Below, piece by piece: positions 13,100-28,993 of a DNA stretch of 64,000 nucleotides. Numbering within the stretch: the first letter of the stretch is position 1; each line of letters opens with the position of its first letter. Position numbers and translations under genes: made by a program. The notes under the pieces are model-generated. The model searched no databases, was not told where the DNA came from, and was given only the letters and a program-made list of their open reading frames with translations. Source of the stretch: the human T2T-CHM13v2.0 reference genome, Homo sapiens. The stretch lies in the NCBI RefSeq assembly GCF_009914755.1, contig NC_060928.1; one strand, 5' to 3'.

Positions 13100-14200
13100 T
13101 TATTTGGTTAGAGTCACTCTGTAAAAACAGTAGCACTTTTCTTACTGGAACACTATATTCTCTTGACTCTTGTGGATCTAATTTCTAATACACTCCCATC
13201 TCATATGCTGCTCAATTTTTGAGTACTTTTTTCTTCCTAACTGCTCAAGTTCTAAAATTTGAAATGGCATAGGGCTTAGATCTCAATATGCTTCTCTGTC
13301 TCATTCTCTCTCTTTTCCTCTTTCATGTCTCCAAAGTGATTTTTTGTCCATTTCAATGGCTTTCAATGCCATAATAAGGCCATGACTGTCCATTTGCTCT
13401 CTCCAGCTCTGACCTTCATTTCTGAGGACTATAATCCAAGATTCACTAAGTGTTTAATTGATAAATCCAGTTAGATATCTAACATGCATTTCATGTTTAG
13501 CATGACCAAAGCTGACTTCTGGGCTGAGTTCACAATGGCATCCCCATTCCCCCACTTTGCACTTAAATGATGCACCACTTACTCAACGAAATTAAAATAT
13601 ATAAATTTCTCTGAGTATTTTTTCTTTTCTTACCCCCTCTAACAAACATCACTAACTTAGCATTAGCTTTCCAATGACTTCCCATTTTATGTGAAATAAT
13701 GGCCACATTCTTACATAACTTAGCATCAATTAACCTCTCTGGCATATATAAAAAATCTGTTGTTCTTGACACTTCTTTTCAGGTCACTAGTTTTGCTCTC
13801 AATCTCTCTAAAACATCAATATTGTTATGGGTTTTGGATTTCTAAAACTGTACCCCAGTTTTTCATTTTGCCTGAAACACTTTCATCTGGTTTCCTTATG
13901 ACTCATTTCTTCCTAATACTCATTGTTCCACCTAAATGTTAGCTCTTTTTTAACCTATCTTCTGTCCACCCTAAAGAAAGGTAAAATTCCCCAATACATC
14001 ATAGCACTCTGTAAATTCTCTATGCAATATTATTAATTACCTATTTTTCTTTTACATTCACATTTGATTATTTATTGTCTGACTCTTCTAATTATAACAT
14101 AAACCCTGAGGTCAGAGCCCTTTTTTTCTGAGTATTGAGTTATTTTGCCTAGGATAATGCCTAGTGATAGGCAATCAATATCTGTTTAATGTATGAGTAT
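13100..14200 (+). mobile_element. L2 LINE relic
   Basis: Degenerate L2-like motifs (ctctctccagctctgaccttcatttctgagg, agttagatatctaacatgcatttc, gcctagtgataggcaatcaatatctgtttaatg); boundaries approximate. Confidence 0.5.
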
Positions 14201-15010
14201 ATTCTACTCTTTTAATAAAAATATTGAGCAGTAATGCTTCTAATGAAATATTTTAAAACAACTCACATTGTATTTTCATCTGACGTAACTCCAGAGGTGT
14301 ATAATTACCTTATGAGTTAGAATCTGTCATTTTTGAACTATTTGTAAATGAAGGAATTAAGATAATATCATATCCACCTCATGAATAGTAGTCCTGACTA
14401 CTCCCTGTTTTCTTAGTTTTCATATGTCTTAATTCCACTTAGCAGAGTCAGCTGCATAAGCTCACATCTTCTCTTACATTATCTAGACACTTGTAGAACT
14501 ATTATACTCTGGCTCAAAAAAGATAGCTTGTCTTAAAAAAAAAAGCAATAATGTTCTTTCAAAAGTATATGTCTATAAACAGATGACCCCATGCTATGCT
14601 TCTGTGTATTGAAAAAGCATTACCAACACATCTGATAGAATCTTTATGCCACACCCAACAGTTTTTATTTTCTAGTTATGAACTATCAGTAAGAAGCCGT
14701 TAAAAATATTACAATATAATGTTATTCTATAAAAATTGTATGATAACATGTGATTGCCTATAATATTTGACAACCATACTTGTCATCACAAAAAGAAATA
14801 CAAATAAGATCCACAAAAGAAAATATGACTTTGAAGTTTTAAAAAACGTATTTTCTTGCATTGAGACAGATTCTTCAATGTGCCTTTAGTAAAAAGGGAT
14901 ATTGAGTGCTAAAATGCACAATATTTTAAATGTCATTCCTTAAAAATATGTAAATATATACAGATTCAATTTCATGTTTTTTACTTTAGCATTCAAGATT
15001 GCATAATAGC

Positions 15011-15307
15011 GGCCGGGCTTGGTGGCTCACGCTTCTAATCCCAGCACCTTGGGAGGCCGAGGTGGGCAGATCACGAGGTCAGGAAATCGAGACCATCCTG
15101 GCTAACACGGTGAAACCCCGTCTCCACTAAAAAATACAAAAAACTTAGCTGGGCGTAGTGGCGGGCACCTGTAGTCCCAAATACTCGGGAGGCTTAGGCA
15201 GGAGAATGGTGTGAACCCGAGAGGCAGAGCTTGTAGTGAACCGAGATCACGCCACTGCACTCCAACCTGGGCGACAGAGCAAGACTCCGTCTCAAAAAAA
15301 AAAAAAA
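15011..15307 (+). mobile_element. AluY SINE
   Basis: gagaccatcctggctaacacgg diagnostic, pure A tail, TSD aagattgcataata at 14995 and 15308. Confidence 0.96.
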
Positions 15308-16854
15308 AAGATTGCATAATACCAAGGCCAAACATAGTAAAATTCATCCATTGAAGGAACAGAGTATAGAGTCTGAGGAAAGTAAATTTCTGATTCCTCA
15401 CAATGATGGCTGGAATATACAAAAATGAGAGATTGATATTTTTAAGGCAATATTTTCCCCTTTTCTCCCCCCAATCTTAGCATGTAGGAAGAACTGAAGA
15501 ACCAAGTTAAAATTCTCATTATCTGTAATAAGCCCCAATACCAATTAAGTCCAGGTCTCAGTGTGCAATATTTAGTGAAGCACATGGTAATATGAATTAC
15601 AAAACAAAAGATACCTCTTTCCTGTGAAACTGAGTAATTTTAAGAGAACAGAATTTTCATTTTTTGTATTACCAAGATTATTAATTGGTATCATGGTAGG
15701 AGGTATATATATCTCTACATACTTACAGACTCCAGGACATACATCTATTGGTTTCTTCTAGGTAATATGCCTAAAACCCAAATCTCATACCACTTCACTA
15801 GTGTCATCATAAAACATACTATAGCTTACAATATGTTAATCTTTTAAATAAAAGTATTAACAAGATGCAAAGAATCACTTTTGTATGCCTTTGACACATT
15901 AAATTATGAAATGTGTATCTTAAATTTCTTCAATAAAATCACATATTAGATAATTTTAACAATTTAATTAATATAAAGCATAGCATGTTTTTCAAAGGTT
16001 TTGTCAAATAATTTTAAAATTACATTTGTTCTTTTAAAATTTGCAAATGAATTTATTTGGCGTAAAGCATTTGGTATCTAAGAAAAAAATGTAAGCAGTG
16101 TTATATTTAACATTTATCTAATTAAAAAGTAATGTGAATAAGATAAACAAATGCAACATGAGAACACAAAAATGTTCAAGTATGTATTATGCATAGTTCT
16201 AATTTCCTCTCTAAATGTTAAGTACTATCCGTATATTTTACATGCAACAAACACTGGTGTGTGCTTGCTAATATACTTCTGAAATGACATTTTCTTAGTG
16301 TGACCCTTCTTTCTAACAATAACTTACATTTTAATTAAATCAGACCATTTTCATTACATGCCAGATATCTTTGTGTGCTATGTTATCATCCTCCTTTGGC
16401 AGAACTGATAGTTAAAGGTCATGAACTTAAAAAGTTATTAACAGAATTGGTAATTTATGAGAAAATGATATGTGCATGGTAGTTTTTCTTTCAGAAAAAA
16501 ATGCAATGTACTAATGTTTGAATAGATTTAAAACAAATAATATAAGAGAAAGATGATTTAGTCATAAAAAAGTAAAATTTGAAAGTTTGCCTCTGCAGAA
16601 TTCTGAGTTTATGATATCTCTTCACATTTTCAGCTTTCTAGCTCATTTTTGAAAAAGATGTCACTAAATTTTTGAAGAGCTGAAATTGGTCACAAAAAAA
16701 ATCATATTCCATTAAGAATGATCTCCAAAAGTAAAGTACAAAAATATATTTAATAATTATTTTCACCAGATTATAATTCCTAATTATAAAAACAAGATGA
16801 GAACAAAATTGAATTTAAAAACTATCAATAAAGCCTCTATTGCCCCATTTTCAA

Positions 16855-17405
16855 TTTGTTTTTTGCTGTTTACTTTTAGTTGATATGTAATAATTTTACA
16901 TATTTGAGGGATACAGTGTGATATTTTGATACATATATACAATATATAATGACCAAATCCAGGTAATTAGCATCTTCATCCCCTCAAACATTTATTATTT
17001 CTTTCTGTTATGAACATTCAAAATTCTCCTTTCTAGATTTTGAAAATTTATGATAAATTGTAGTTAACCATATTTCACCCTACACTTGTGCAGAACACCA
17101 GAACTCATTCCTGACCTTTAGCTGAAATGTTTTTATACCCATTAACCACCCTCACGTCCTCCTCAACTCCTCACTATCCTTCCTAGCCTCTGGTAACCAT
17201 CTTTCTACTCTCTGTCTCCTTGAGGTTGATTGTTTTGATTTTTAGCACCCACAAATAAGTGAGAACATGTGAAGTTTTTCTTTCTATGTCTGATTTATTT
17301 CACTTAACAAAATGGCCTCCAGTGCCATCCATGCTGTTGCAAATGATAAGATCTCATTCTTATCTGTGGCTGCACAGTACTCCATTGTGTATATGTATCA
17401 CATTA
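16855..17405 (-). mobile_element. L1MA-type 3' UTR fragment
   Basis: gagggatacagtgtgatattttgatacat...cccacaaataagtgagaacatg...gtactccattgtgtatatgt. Confidence 0.85.
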
Positions 17406-18809
17406 GTGGCTGTGTTGAGCCACTAATCTGGGCATAATTTGTTATGCAGCATTGGTAGCCAGAATATAGTATTTAAGAAATTCTGGAAAGAAACAAGAAA
17501 TTATTCATTTATGGATTATTTATTCATGGATTATTAAGATAGAACTCAGGAAAAAGAGAGGCAAAACAAGGACGGAGAAAGTCTTTCCACCGTATAGTAT
17601 TTTTATATGTTTGGATGGTTTTATGAATGTGCTTTTCCAAAATAAATAAATAAATAAATAAGAGAAAAACTAAATCTATTAACTAAAGTGTGGGTTGAGG
17701 AAAATATATTTTTGTATTTCCTCAGAGGTGGGGCTTTCTGAATATCACTTGCTGAATACTTGGAACCTTTGGCTGACAGCAAGCCTTGGAGAGTTAATTT
17801 GCAGCTGTGTAGATAGTGAGAGAACTGCAGAGAAATTTACCTAGCTCTAGAGGTATGTTGATATACTTTGGGGTAAGGTGAGGGTTGGGACTTTGGAAAC
17901 ATCTCTAATTTGTAAAAGCCAGTGACTCCAGCACTTATCTAATTCTTAAAGAGGTGGATTTAATTTAAAAATGTTATATAATCTAGGAAACTTTCCATGT
18001 CCTTTCTAAGAAGTAAAGGTTTTCTTTTCCTGTTTTTAGGAGGAGGAGGAGAGACTTATACCTCTTTTGCCTATGTATGAGCAGAGGTCATCAATTTTTC
18101 TTTCTTCACTTATGGATTTTTTCTGTCACTCATATAGAATATTTTTTCATGTGGTTTTCATTGCATTGCCCTAGTGATAAGGACTAAGGGGACCTTAGCA
18201 CTTATTATTTGCTATTTGCTCTGATCCAGAGCACCTCATGTGTACATCGAGAATAAAATTAATACAAGTTAATATTTTAAAAAACCTGAGGACATATGTA
18301 CATTTGATATGATGATATGAATGTAAGTGCACATTAGAAACAAATTTTAGGATAGAAATTATTTCAAGAAGCAAGGCTTATTTGAGATAAGATTGGAGCA
18401 CCAAAATAAATGCAAAGGTATTAGCATGAGTATTAGGATAAGGGGTGCTCACATCATTGTTTTGTGCCATAATTTATACATGTGTTTTATATTGTTTATA
18501 CAAAAAATGACATACTCTAAATAAACGTTTATAGTGTGGAGTCAAGCACATGATCTGGGAGGTCCCGTATTTCTCTGAAAAAAAAAAAAAAAAATCTTGC
18601 ACTAGAGAAGTAAGGAAAGATGGAGAATGTGAGTAGTGTTTAGATGTAAGATATATTCTGAAGATGGAGATAATAGCATTTAAAGATGCACTGAGTAAGC
18701 AGAATGACAGAAAAAAAGACCTTAAGAAGTATTTCAATACTTGTGCCTGAACAATTTGTGAATAGTTTTCTAATACACTGCAATAAAAAATAAGAAAAAT
18801 TTTTATTGC

Positions 18810-18845
18810 ATTTTACATTGAGAAAATTTTACATTGAGAAAATTT
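18810..18845. repeat. 16-bp tandem duplication
   Basis: attttacattgagaaa x2. Confidence 0.85.
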
Positions 18846-20293
18846 CAATTTATTATAGGTCTAATTTTACGAAAACTGAGATAATACTGAATTATAACAC
18901 TAAAATTTTTTAATTGAACTAGTATTTTAAATTAATATTTCCAAATCTTTTGATTTTTCTTTGGGAAAGAAAGGATGACAAAAACATAAATTTTGGTATT
19001 TATAGTAATAATTACTTTTACAAGCCTGTGTTTTAGCTGTAGATGATACATTTGCCTACTGGGTAAATTTTTAAAGCTTTTTAAAATAACGTTAAAAATT
19101 GTAGAAATTCCTTTAAAGTTAGCTGCAAATAACGTTAATTGTTTCTATTATAAAATAATATTCTGCTCCAACGAAGTTTGCTTGGAAAGCAAAATACAGA
19201 TTTAACTTGCACTTACTATCATTTTGCACTATTTCTTTCTAACCCAACCCAATTTTCTTTTTTAAATTCCTCCTTACCAGCCTGCTGGCCAACCTCCTTT
19301 TCTCCCTTCCTTCCCTCTTTCACTTCATTATTCCTCTGCTTCTGCATTTGAATGACCTGGATGCTGATAATTTCACCTACAATCCAAATATTAATTGTTA
19401 TCTACAAATGACGTTTAACAGTAACATTCATATAACAATTTACTATACAGAGTTAAACCGATGGTATATTCTTTTATTTAACAGTCACATCTGCTCTATG
19501 ATTATATATTGTGTATATTTAACAGATGAGGAAAATAAAACAGTTTAAATAACCTGGTAATCATCACACAGCTAATCATCTTAACTTCAAATGTAGTATT
19601 CATTGTACCACAGGAGATGATTTTACGAAAATAGCCATAAATAATTAGGCTTTCCTTTTTCACATTTGGAAAGTCTGGTTTTCATGAATGTTTATTATCA
19701 TGAATTTCCTAATAAATGTTATATAGATCTAAAGGCCACTTATTTATTATCCTGTCACACAAAGTGGTAATACTGGATTAATTAAATTTTTCTGCTTTGG
19801 TTATTTTCACAGTTCACAAAGTGTTTCATTATCTTCTTAAGCAAGGTAATTTGAAGGAAATATGTATTCCTTAAATTAAAAAAATAAACATTTATAACCC
19901 TAATTGAAGATTTAGTTACATCTTTTAAAACAACTAGGAAATCCTGATTAGATCTTTTCTCAATTTTCTCACGTTGATTTTAATGTCTAGTCCTTATGTT
20001 GTAAGTCCAACAAGCAATGAAATGTCACCTTTGACTCTAAAACGGTACTACCACCTATAATAACATAATACAAAAACAATGTAATACAATCCTGATAAAA
20101 CATAGATAATTCATAACATGATGAAGCTACAGCTAAGTAAAAGTATCTAGACTTCTGAATGTTGCTTCTCAAATATTTTAAATATGTATTTTGCTAATTC
20201 AATTAGGCCCCACATTTTTAAAAAAATGATTAGTAGTAAAGCAAAATACTTACAGGTATACCTGTTTGCATGCACATGATATCTCCTAAAATA

Positions 20294-20295
<2 letters not shown>

Positions 20296-20336
<41 letters not shown>
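20296..20336. repeat. (CA)~20 microsatellite
   Basis: Perfect AC run. Confidence 0.98.
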
Positions 20337-20337
<1 letters not shown>

Positions 20338-22869
20338 CATATTTTCTAAAAGAGTGCCTGCTTTCTTTATATTTTTTCCGTAACATATGCAAGAAATGAT
20401 ATATACCTTGATTATGTGGATTTATATATCACAAAAATGGAAGCAAATGCTGATACAGAAAAATCTCTTCCAGAAAGTTAAGGTTTATATCTTTTTGATT
20501 ATGAAAAAACAAATAACCTTTAATATTCTAGGTTAGTCATTGTTCTTAGTAGAAACCAATGGTGGGGGGAAAAACTTGTGAACAAAGGAGAAATGTTGCC
20601 TACGTAGGCCTAAAAACTGAGGGAACTAATACCTGCTGTGCCATGTGATTTTAGGAATAGAAATGATGCATGTGAAGGGTCTGGCCGACAGAGAATAATC
20701 AATAGTATTATTAGTTGGATTACAATATTATATAAATAACAGCTTACAAATGCATTTAGTACCATAATTTAAAAATATAACATATTAAAATATTTTCAAA
20801 AGTGTTTACCAAGAATAATCTTCCCAATTATATATAATACAGTCCAATTAATCTATGATGTCTTCATTTTCAACCTTCTAGGTGAATAAAATTTTATACA
20901 ATTATTTAAAAAGAAGACATACCATCTCTTTCTTGAGTAGCTCGAGATTATAGAAAACTTTAACATAGAAAACTCTTAAAAATCATGTATGTGTATATGT
21001 ACAACATTCTTAAATCTATAATAAAAATGCACACACTGTAACAGTAAATTGATAGCCGCTAACCTTGTCATTTCCACATACTTAGGTAAGATAGAATAAA
21101 TGAGTACTGTAATATTTCAGAGTTGAATACCCTCTTGAGAACTGAATACAGTTTTGTTTTCTTGAGGCTTATATTTATTGTCTTATTAGGTATGTCCCGA
21201 GTAATAAATACAAAGTGTGAAAATGTATAGAAAAGTTTTATATCCAATCAAAGGAGCTTAAACAAAGATTTCCTTCTCCAGCATAGTAGATTAAAAAAAA
21301 TGTAGATATTAAGGTCAATAAACTTCATTTGACGCATATTCCTCAACTTTTAGATTCTGAAAACTGCAACTACCTTATTTGGCAGGATAATCCTTAAAAA
21401 AGATTACTGCAACAAACATATTGCAATATGTACACTGAAGTAGGGATTATATGAATCTATATAGTGATTGATTGTGACTACAGACTTGCTAAAAAGAGAT
21501 TAGAATCCTTTCATAAATATTTTAGCCTCAGTATTGGAAAATCCATTAAATTTGATTCAGTTAGAAAATGTGTGAAATGCTGTTAATAGGAGAATAGTTT
21601 GCATTACTGTTCTGGGGGTAATCCTGTTTTAAGATTGATGTATAGATCTGGCAAAATCATAATGCAGTCAGCTCAAGTATTTTCTATGAGGGTGTTTTTT
21701 TTCTTTCTGGGAACCTCAGCAATTTATTATACGCAAACCATACATAATTGTAATACATATATTCTAACATCTATGTCAGTATCTATTTATACAACTTCCA
21801 AGTTTTCCTCAGTTTCCACTTTGGGTCTGTGCACTCCGTACAATCTACCCAAACCACAATAATTTTACTCTTCTTAATATTTCTAAAGCAAGTATTCTAA
21901 TGTGTCATTACATAAGTTATTTCATTTTCTTCTTTGGGGAACTTTCTAAATCAGTGTATATTGTGAGCTCTTAGTAGATAACTTGTGGATTATATGGATT
22001 TGTGTGTAGTTTTTCTACATATGACTATGCATTAATATGTGTAATATGATATATATGCAACTCTTTAGCCATGATTATTTATTAACTTTTACCTATATAT
22101 TCCAATTATGTGAGTATTCATACAGACTTCTACATTCAAGAATAAAATACTATAAAAAAATCTATCAAGTCAATTTGAATTAGCCAGTGCCATTTAAATC
22201 TTCTGTTTTAATCAACTTATTCTTTCTGATTCTTAGAAAATGGGTACACATTTAGATTCCTTAAGCATGAAGAATAAGTGAAGTGATGTCTATGAAACTT
22301 AACATAGTCTTGTTCACATAGCAGATTCTAAAATATGTTGTTATTAGGAAAGGAAGAGGGAAAGTTATAAAGCCAGATTTTTTTTAATTCACAAATAATC
22401 TATTTAATAATGAGGTTTTAATGAACTATTAAGCTGTTGGACCACAATTTATATATACTACTACTACTACTACTATTAAATTTTTACCTTGTATTTGATA
22501 TATAGTATTTTTCTGTAAAGATTTTGTACTTCTAAATGGCTTATTTAGAAAAATTAGATATAATTGTAATTCCCAGTCTTACTATATATTTTTGATATTA
22601 TATTGACAACAAACATAATAATTCAACAAATGAAACATATGGAGTCTACCTAGGTATTGTATATTCATCACAAATAAAGGCTTCCAGGGAATGCTAATCA
22701 TTTTACTTGTTAAATGAAATTTACAAAATTATAAAATGTGATTGTCTTCAAAGAATACTGGATGGAGAAAAGAAACTTGATTATGTTTTTGTTTTTGTTA
22801 GTTTTTCAGTATTTAACAATTAATTCCAGTTGTCAGAGTGAATGGGAGCCTAAGGAGTTATGAGAGCTA

Positions 22870-23110
22870 AAGGTCATGTGGTATCCTGGATGGAATTTTT
22901 TAACATAAAAAACAAAATGATATGAGGCAAAAACTAAGGAAATCCGAATAAAATATGGACTTCAGTTAATAATGTGTCATTGCCTCTTTGCCTCATTAGT
23001 TATAACCAATAAAAATGTTAATACTGGGGGAAACTTGGTGCAGGGTATATAAGAACTCTATATACTATCTCCTCAATATTTGTATAAATGTAATCAGTTT
23101 TAAAAAATAA
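22870..23110 (+). mobile_element. L1MB/MC-type 3' end fragment
   Basis: atgtggtatcctggatgga...aaaaactaaggaaatccgaataaaatatggacttcagttaataat...gggtatataagaactct. Confidence 0.7.
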
Positions 23111-23119
23111 GCCCATTAG

Positions 23120-23422
23120 GGCTGAGTGTGGTGGCTCACACCTGTAATCCCAGCACTTTGGGAGGCTGAGGCAGGCGTATCTCGAGGTCAGGAGTTTGAG
23201 ACCAGCCTGGCAACATAGTGAAACCCTGTCTCTACTAAAAATACATAAAAATTAGCTGGGCGTGGTGGTGGGCACCTGTAATCCCAGCTACTTGGGAGGC
23301 TGAGGCAGGAGAACCTTTTGAACTCAGGAGTCGGAGGTTGCATGAGCCGAGATCGCACCATTGCACTCCAGCCTGGGTGACAGAGCAAGACTCCATCTCA
23401 AAAAGAAAAAAAAAAGAAAGAA
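23120..23422 (+). mobile_element. AluS (AluSg-like) SINE
   Basis: Full dimer, TSD aagcccatta at 23109 and 23423. Confidence 0.95.
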
Positions 23423-23755
23423 AAGCCCATTAAAAAGAAAAATAAATAAATGTATTTGTTTCAGGAAACTTATGGATGTTTGAAATATAGTTTATATTTT
23501 TATTTCATACAATTAACTATAAATCTGAATGATTTGAAAATTTCACCCAAATGAAATTTCTCATGTAAAGAAAAAGCTTTAACAAGTTTCACATATAAAC
23601 ATGCAACATAGTTTATTTTTTTCAATTGTATTGTCTCATGTAGAATTGTTCTGTAGGATTACAGACACACATTTTTAAATAATATCTAAAGCCAATGTCT
23701 TATCTTTATTTTCTTAGCAAAAAAAAAAAACTAGTTTATGTTTGCTGCATGTTCT

Positions 23756-23760
23756 ACACA

Positions 23761-23807
<47 letters not shown>
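23756..23807. repeat. (CA)n microsatellite with one interruption
   Basis: AC run with a single TA. Confidence 0.97.
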
Positions 23808-23810
<3 letters not shown>

Positions 23811-24399
23811 AACCAGAAAATTAAAAACCAATAAATTTGCCTATTTCTTAACTAAAATTTAAAAGTTAATGGAAGCCATATTTAGGGAATCCTATGACCT
23901 GAGAAAACATTTCAGATGAGACAGCTGATCCAGAGTAATGCCTTCTAATTCTTTATACTACAGTTTTTAGTTTATGCATTTATTGCATTTGTTGTGAGCA
24001 TTTTGTAGAATAAGAAAACAACTTTCTCTTGGCACCTTCTGTAAATATTTAGAAAAATCATCACAGACAAAAGGTTTTAAGTGATTTTGAGAATTGATGT
24101 TATCTTGAACAGAAAGTAAAGGTAGATATGATTTAAGTACATTCATATAACAGGAAAAAATGGGCTCTTGTCTGTATAATTCTTTCTCCTATATCTAAGA
24201 AATAAAGGTAACATGCAATAAATAATGCTGTACTTGAAAAGTATCAGTATGAATGCATGTAAAAGAAATCTTAGTATAAGTGTTGAAGTATCAGTGAAAT
24301 TGAAAAAATAGACATAATCAATATTTATTTGAATTTTAATATTGGGATATGCTCACTCTTCTTTTCTGTGTGTAGGGGGCCCAAATCTACTCAATGAAT

Positions 24400-25745
<1,346 letters not shown>

Positions 25746-26202
25746 CACTTAGGGTTTTGCAATTTGCATTGTATATCATTGGGAGGATTATCCCTATAAA
25801 TAAATAAAAAAGTATTTGTTATATACTGGTTGATGATACTGCAGACAAAAACAATATTATGTTTGCAGATCTACATAATTTAATAACATATGTTGGGCCT
25901 AGAAACTCTGTAATAGCTCCAAATTCTACATACACAGTGATCTTAGGGCACTTAGTTTCACCTCCTGCACATGAGAGGACACGTTTCATAAATGATCATG
26001 AGAGACATTTGCCCAGTTGTTGGTTGAACACATGAAGAAATAGGAAAATGGGAATGTTTAATTTATTTCCTCTTTTTAGAATACTTGTATGTTAATTTCG
26101 TTAATTTAACACATATTTGTTGAGGCATAGATAGCAGGCATATTCACATTGAAAATTCTAGAAGATATGAGCGCATGTGTGTTTTTGGTAGAAAATTTTA
26201 TT

Positions 26203-26290
26203 TTATACACCAGACCTCAGTGATATGTAACTTACCCATGTAAGAAATCTTCATGTATATTGCCTGAATGTAAAACAAAGTTGAAAAAAA
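26203..26290 (+). mobile_element. Severely 5'-truncated L1 3' terminus
   Basis: acttacccatgtaagaaatcttcatgtatattgcctgaatgtaaaacaaagttgaaaaaaaa; flanked by agaaaatt on both sides (possible TSD). Confidence 0.55.
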
Positions 26291-27662
26291 AGAAAATTCT
26301 GTAAAACATTCACAAGTGTGAAAAATATATTCGTAGTTTAGATTAATGCACATTTTTAGGTTTCCTTAAATTACAATACAATTTCTTAACAAATAATGAA
26401 TATTCCGCCTTCATACCACTTGTTGAAATTATATGGCATGTCTTACCGTTTAGGGAAAGTCATTTTAATTACGCATAGAAAGTAAGTGTGAAAGTACCTT
26501 TGTGAAACAAAGGTAATAAAACTAGTAATCCTGTAATTTTGTCCCTAATCTTCAATTTGAACCCAACTCAATTCGAGAGAAACTTTTAGACATGTTGTTG
26601 ATGAAGCTGTTTATGCTTAAACAGATAATTTATTTAATGCTCCCCCAATCAAGATAGTTAAATGTTCCAATTTACTATATACCGTCTGTTTTATTTCTAA
26701 GTTTGAAGCTTAGAATTCTTATGTGGCAAGAGAATGACCTTGCTTTTTCTACAATATTTTTTCTAAGAAAACCCTCTATGCCCTTTACTGTAGTTTATTA
26801 TATTGACATTGCCAGTCCAGTCAAGTCTCCCTACGAGCCAAAGTGGATGAAAACTTCAAAGTTTTATATTTATATCTTGATTCACTCTGCTTGGATTTAT
26901 CATGTTATGACAAATGTATTACCAGAGCTTTACCCACTCTGAAGATTCTGATAGTGTTTCATTATGAAATAGAAAATATGTCTACAGGATCATCCAAACA
27001 CCCTGTGATTGAGAGCAGCCTTTACTAGATATCAGAAGGGCTACATTGTATCACATTGTTGATAGAGCATTTCTATTTTATATCCTTGATTTTTATTTTT
27101 ATGTAGTGTCTGACCTGTCCCCGATAGCTTTTAAGATGTTGCCCTATCTGTGCTCTTTCCTAATATTGTCATAATATGTCTCTGAATATATTTTGACATA
27201 ATTTTTGAATTGTATATTTATGAGCATCTGGTAGTTGGTGTAAATGAGATTACTTCAGTGTGTTTTTTTCTGGAAGCTAAAATTACTTTTGTTTTTATTT
27301 GTTGTTGTTCTATCTCAATGTTGCTCTTCAAATATACATTGTATTGCAGTTAATTGAATTGAGCAAGAATGTCACATTCAATATCTTTTCAGCTAGAAAG
27401 TATTGAGCTCATTGTAGAGATAAATGTTTTACTGGGCAATGTAAAAAAAGTTGTTTACATCAAAGAAAAATAAAAGTGAAGAATACTAAAGTTACTGACA
27501 TGAGCAGCAAATGGCATTTATAAATTTAGAGAAAAAAAAGCCTAGGATTATTTTATTTAACTTAACCTTGCCCTATGGTAATAAAAATTGTTTTCCATAT
27601 GCCCTTGATTGCTATTATCCATCCCTCCAAGATAATTTTAAGAAGCTTATTAAAATATTTCA

Positions 27663-27977
<315 letters not shown>

Positions 27978-28882
27978 TAAAATATTTCAGAAAAAATAAC
28001 TCCAGGATAAGTAAATATACAGATGCTTAACTTAAATAAGAAATACTTTTCATTAGATTTTTCAGTTTGGCTATCTGTATAGAATCTTTTTTGACTCTTT
28101 ATAAATACTCTGTTTTGATATATTTGGAACATTTAGAGAGGTTCAGCTGGTATGATTAAACTCGCAACATCTTTAGTTGGGAGCTGCCACTATCTTAATA
28201 CAATATTTTAAAACACCATACTACTCTTCATCATTCTTTTGTGACTCAACCTTAAATTGCAGGTGGTATACATGTAGATTGGTAAAGGAGGAAATGTGAT
28301 TTAATAATCAGATCAATGGAATCAGCCATTTAGTCAGTGAAGTAGTAGACTGCTGAACCAATTATACTCTCCTTTATTCTATTTCCAAAACAAAATAGTT
28401 ATGTGTTAATTATGAACTTATGATACGACTTTTATGAATTTAACAAGAATTTAAATTATAAAAGGAAAGACATTAAATAGCATTGAGAAATTGGATAATT
28501 TTTATAGATTCTATTCATTTTATAAATTCTAAACTATGATGAATGTTGCACATTATGTTTTAGTTTTATATTTATGTGTGTTTAAATATTCACAAGGTAT
28601 ACAATGCATGGAATTTTAAATCTAGTTTTTCTCTTAATTTAGCTTAAACCATATGCACACTTTTATGTTGCCAAATGAATTTAGGGAAACATTATTAATG
28701 GTGGCATTTTGCTGTGTTTCAATCAGGAGACTGATACTTAACCACATGGGCAAATTTTGGAACTAAATCTGGGTAAATCTGTCATATTGCCAGAATCCTA
28801 AAAGGGTTGCTATGAAGTTTAAATAAGCTAAAATTTATAAGAAACTAGAGCAATGCTTGACAAATATTATATGGGAATATAA

Positions 28883-28993
28883 ACACAGTGAAAATAATTT
28901 TCACCTATCATTATTAGTATGTTTATGCTTATCATATTTACATAGTGAAAATAATTTTCACCTATCATTATTTGTATGTTTATGCTTATCATA
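28883..28993. repeat. 57-bp tandem duplication, each unit containing a palindrome
   Basis: agtgaaaataattttcacctatcattatt(a/t)gtatgtttatgcttatcata at 28887 and 28944. Confidence 0.92.
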
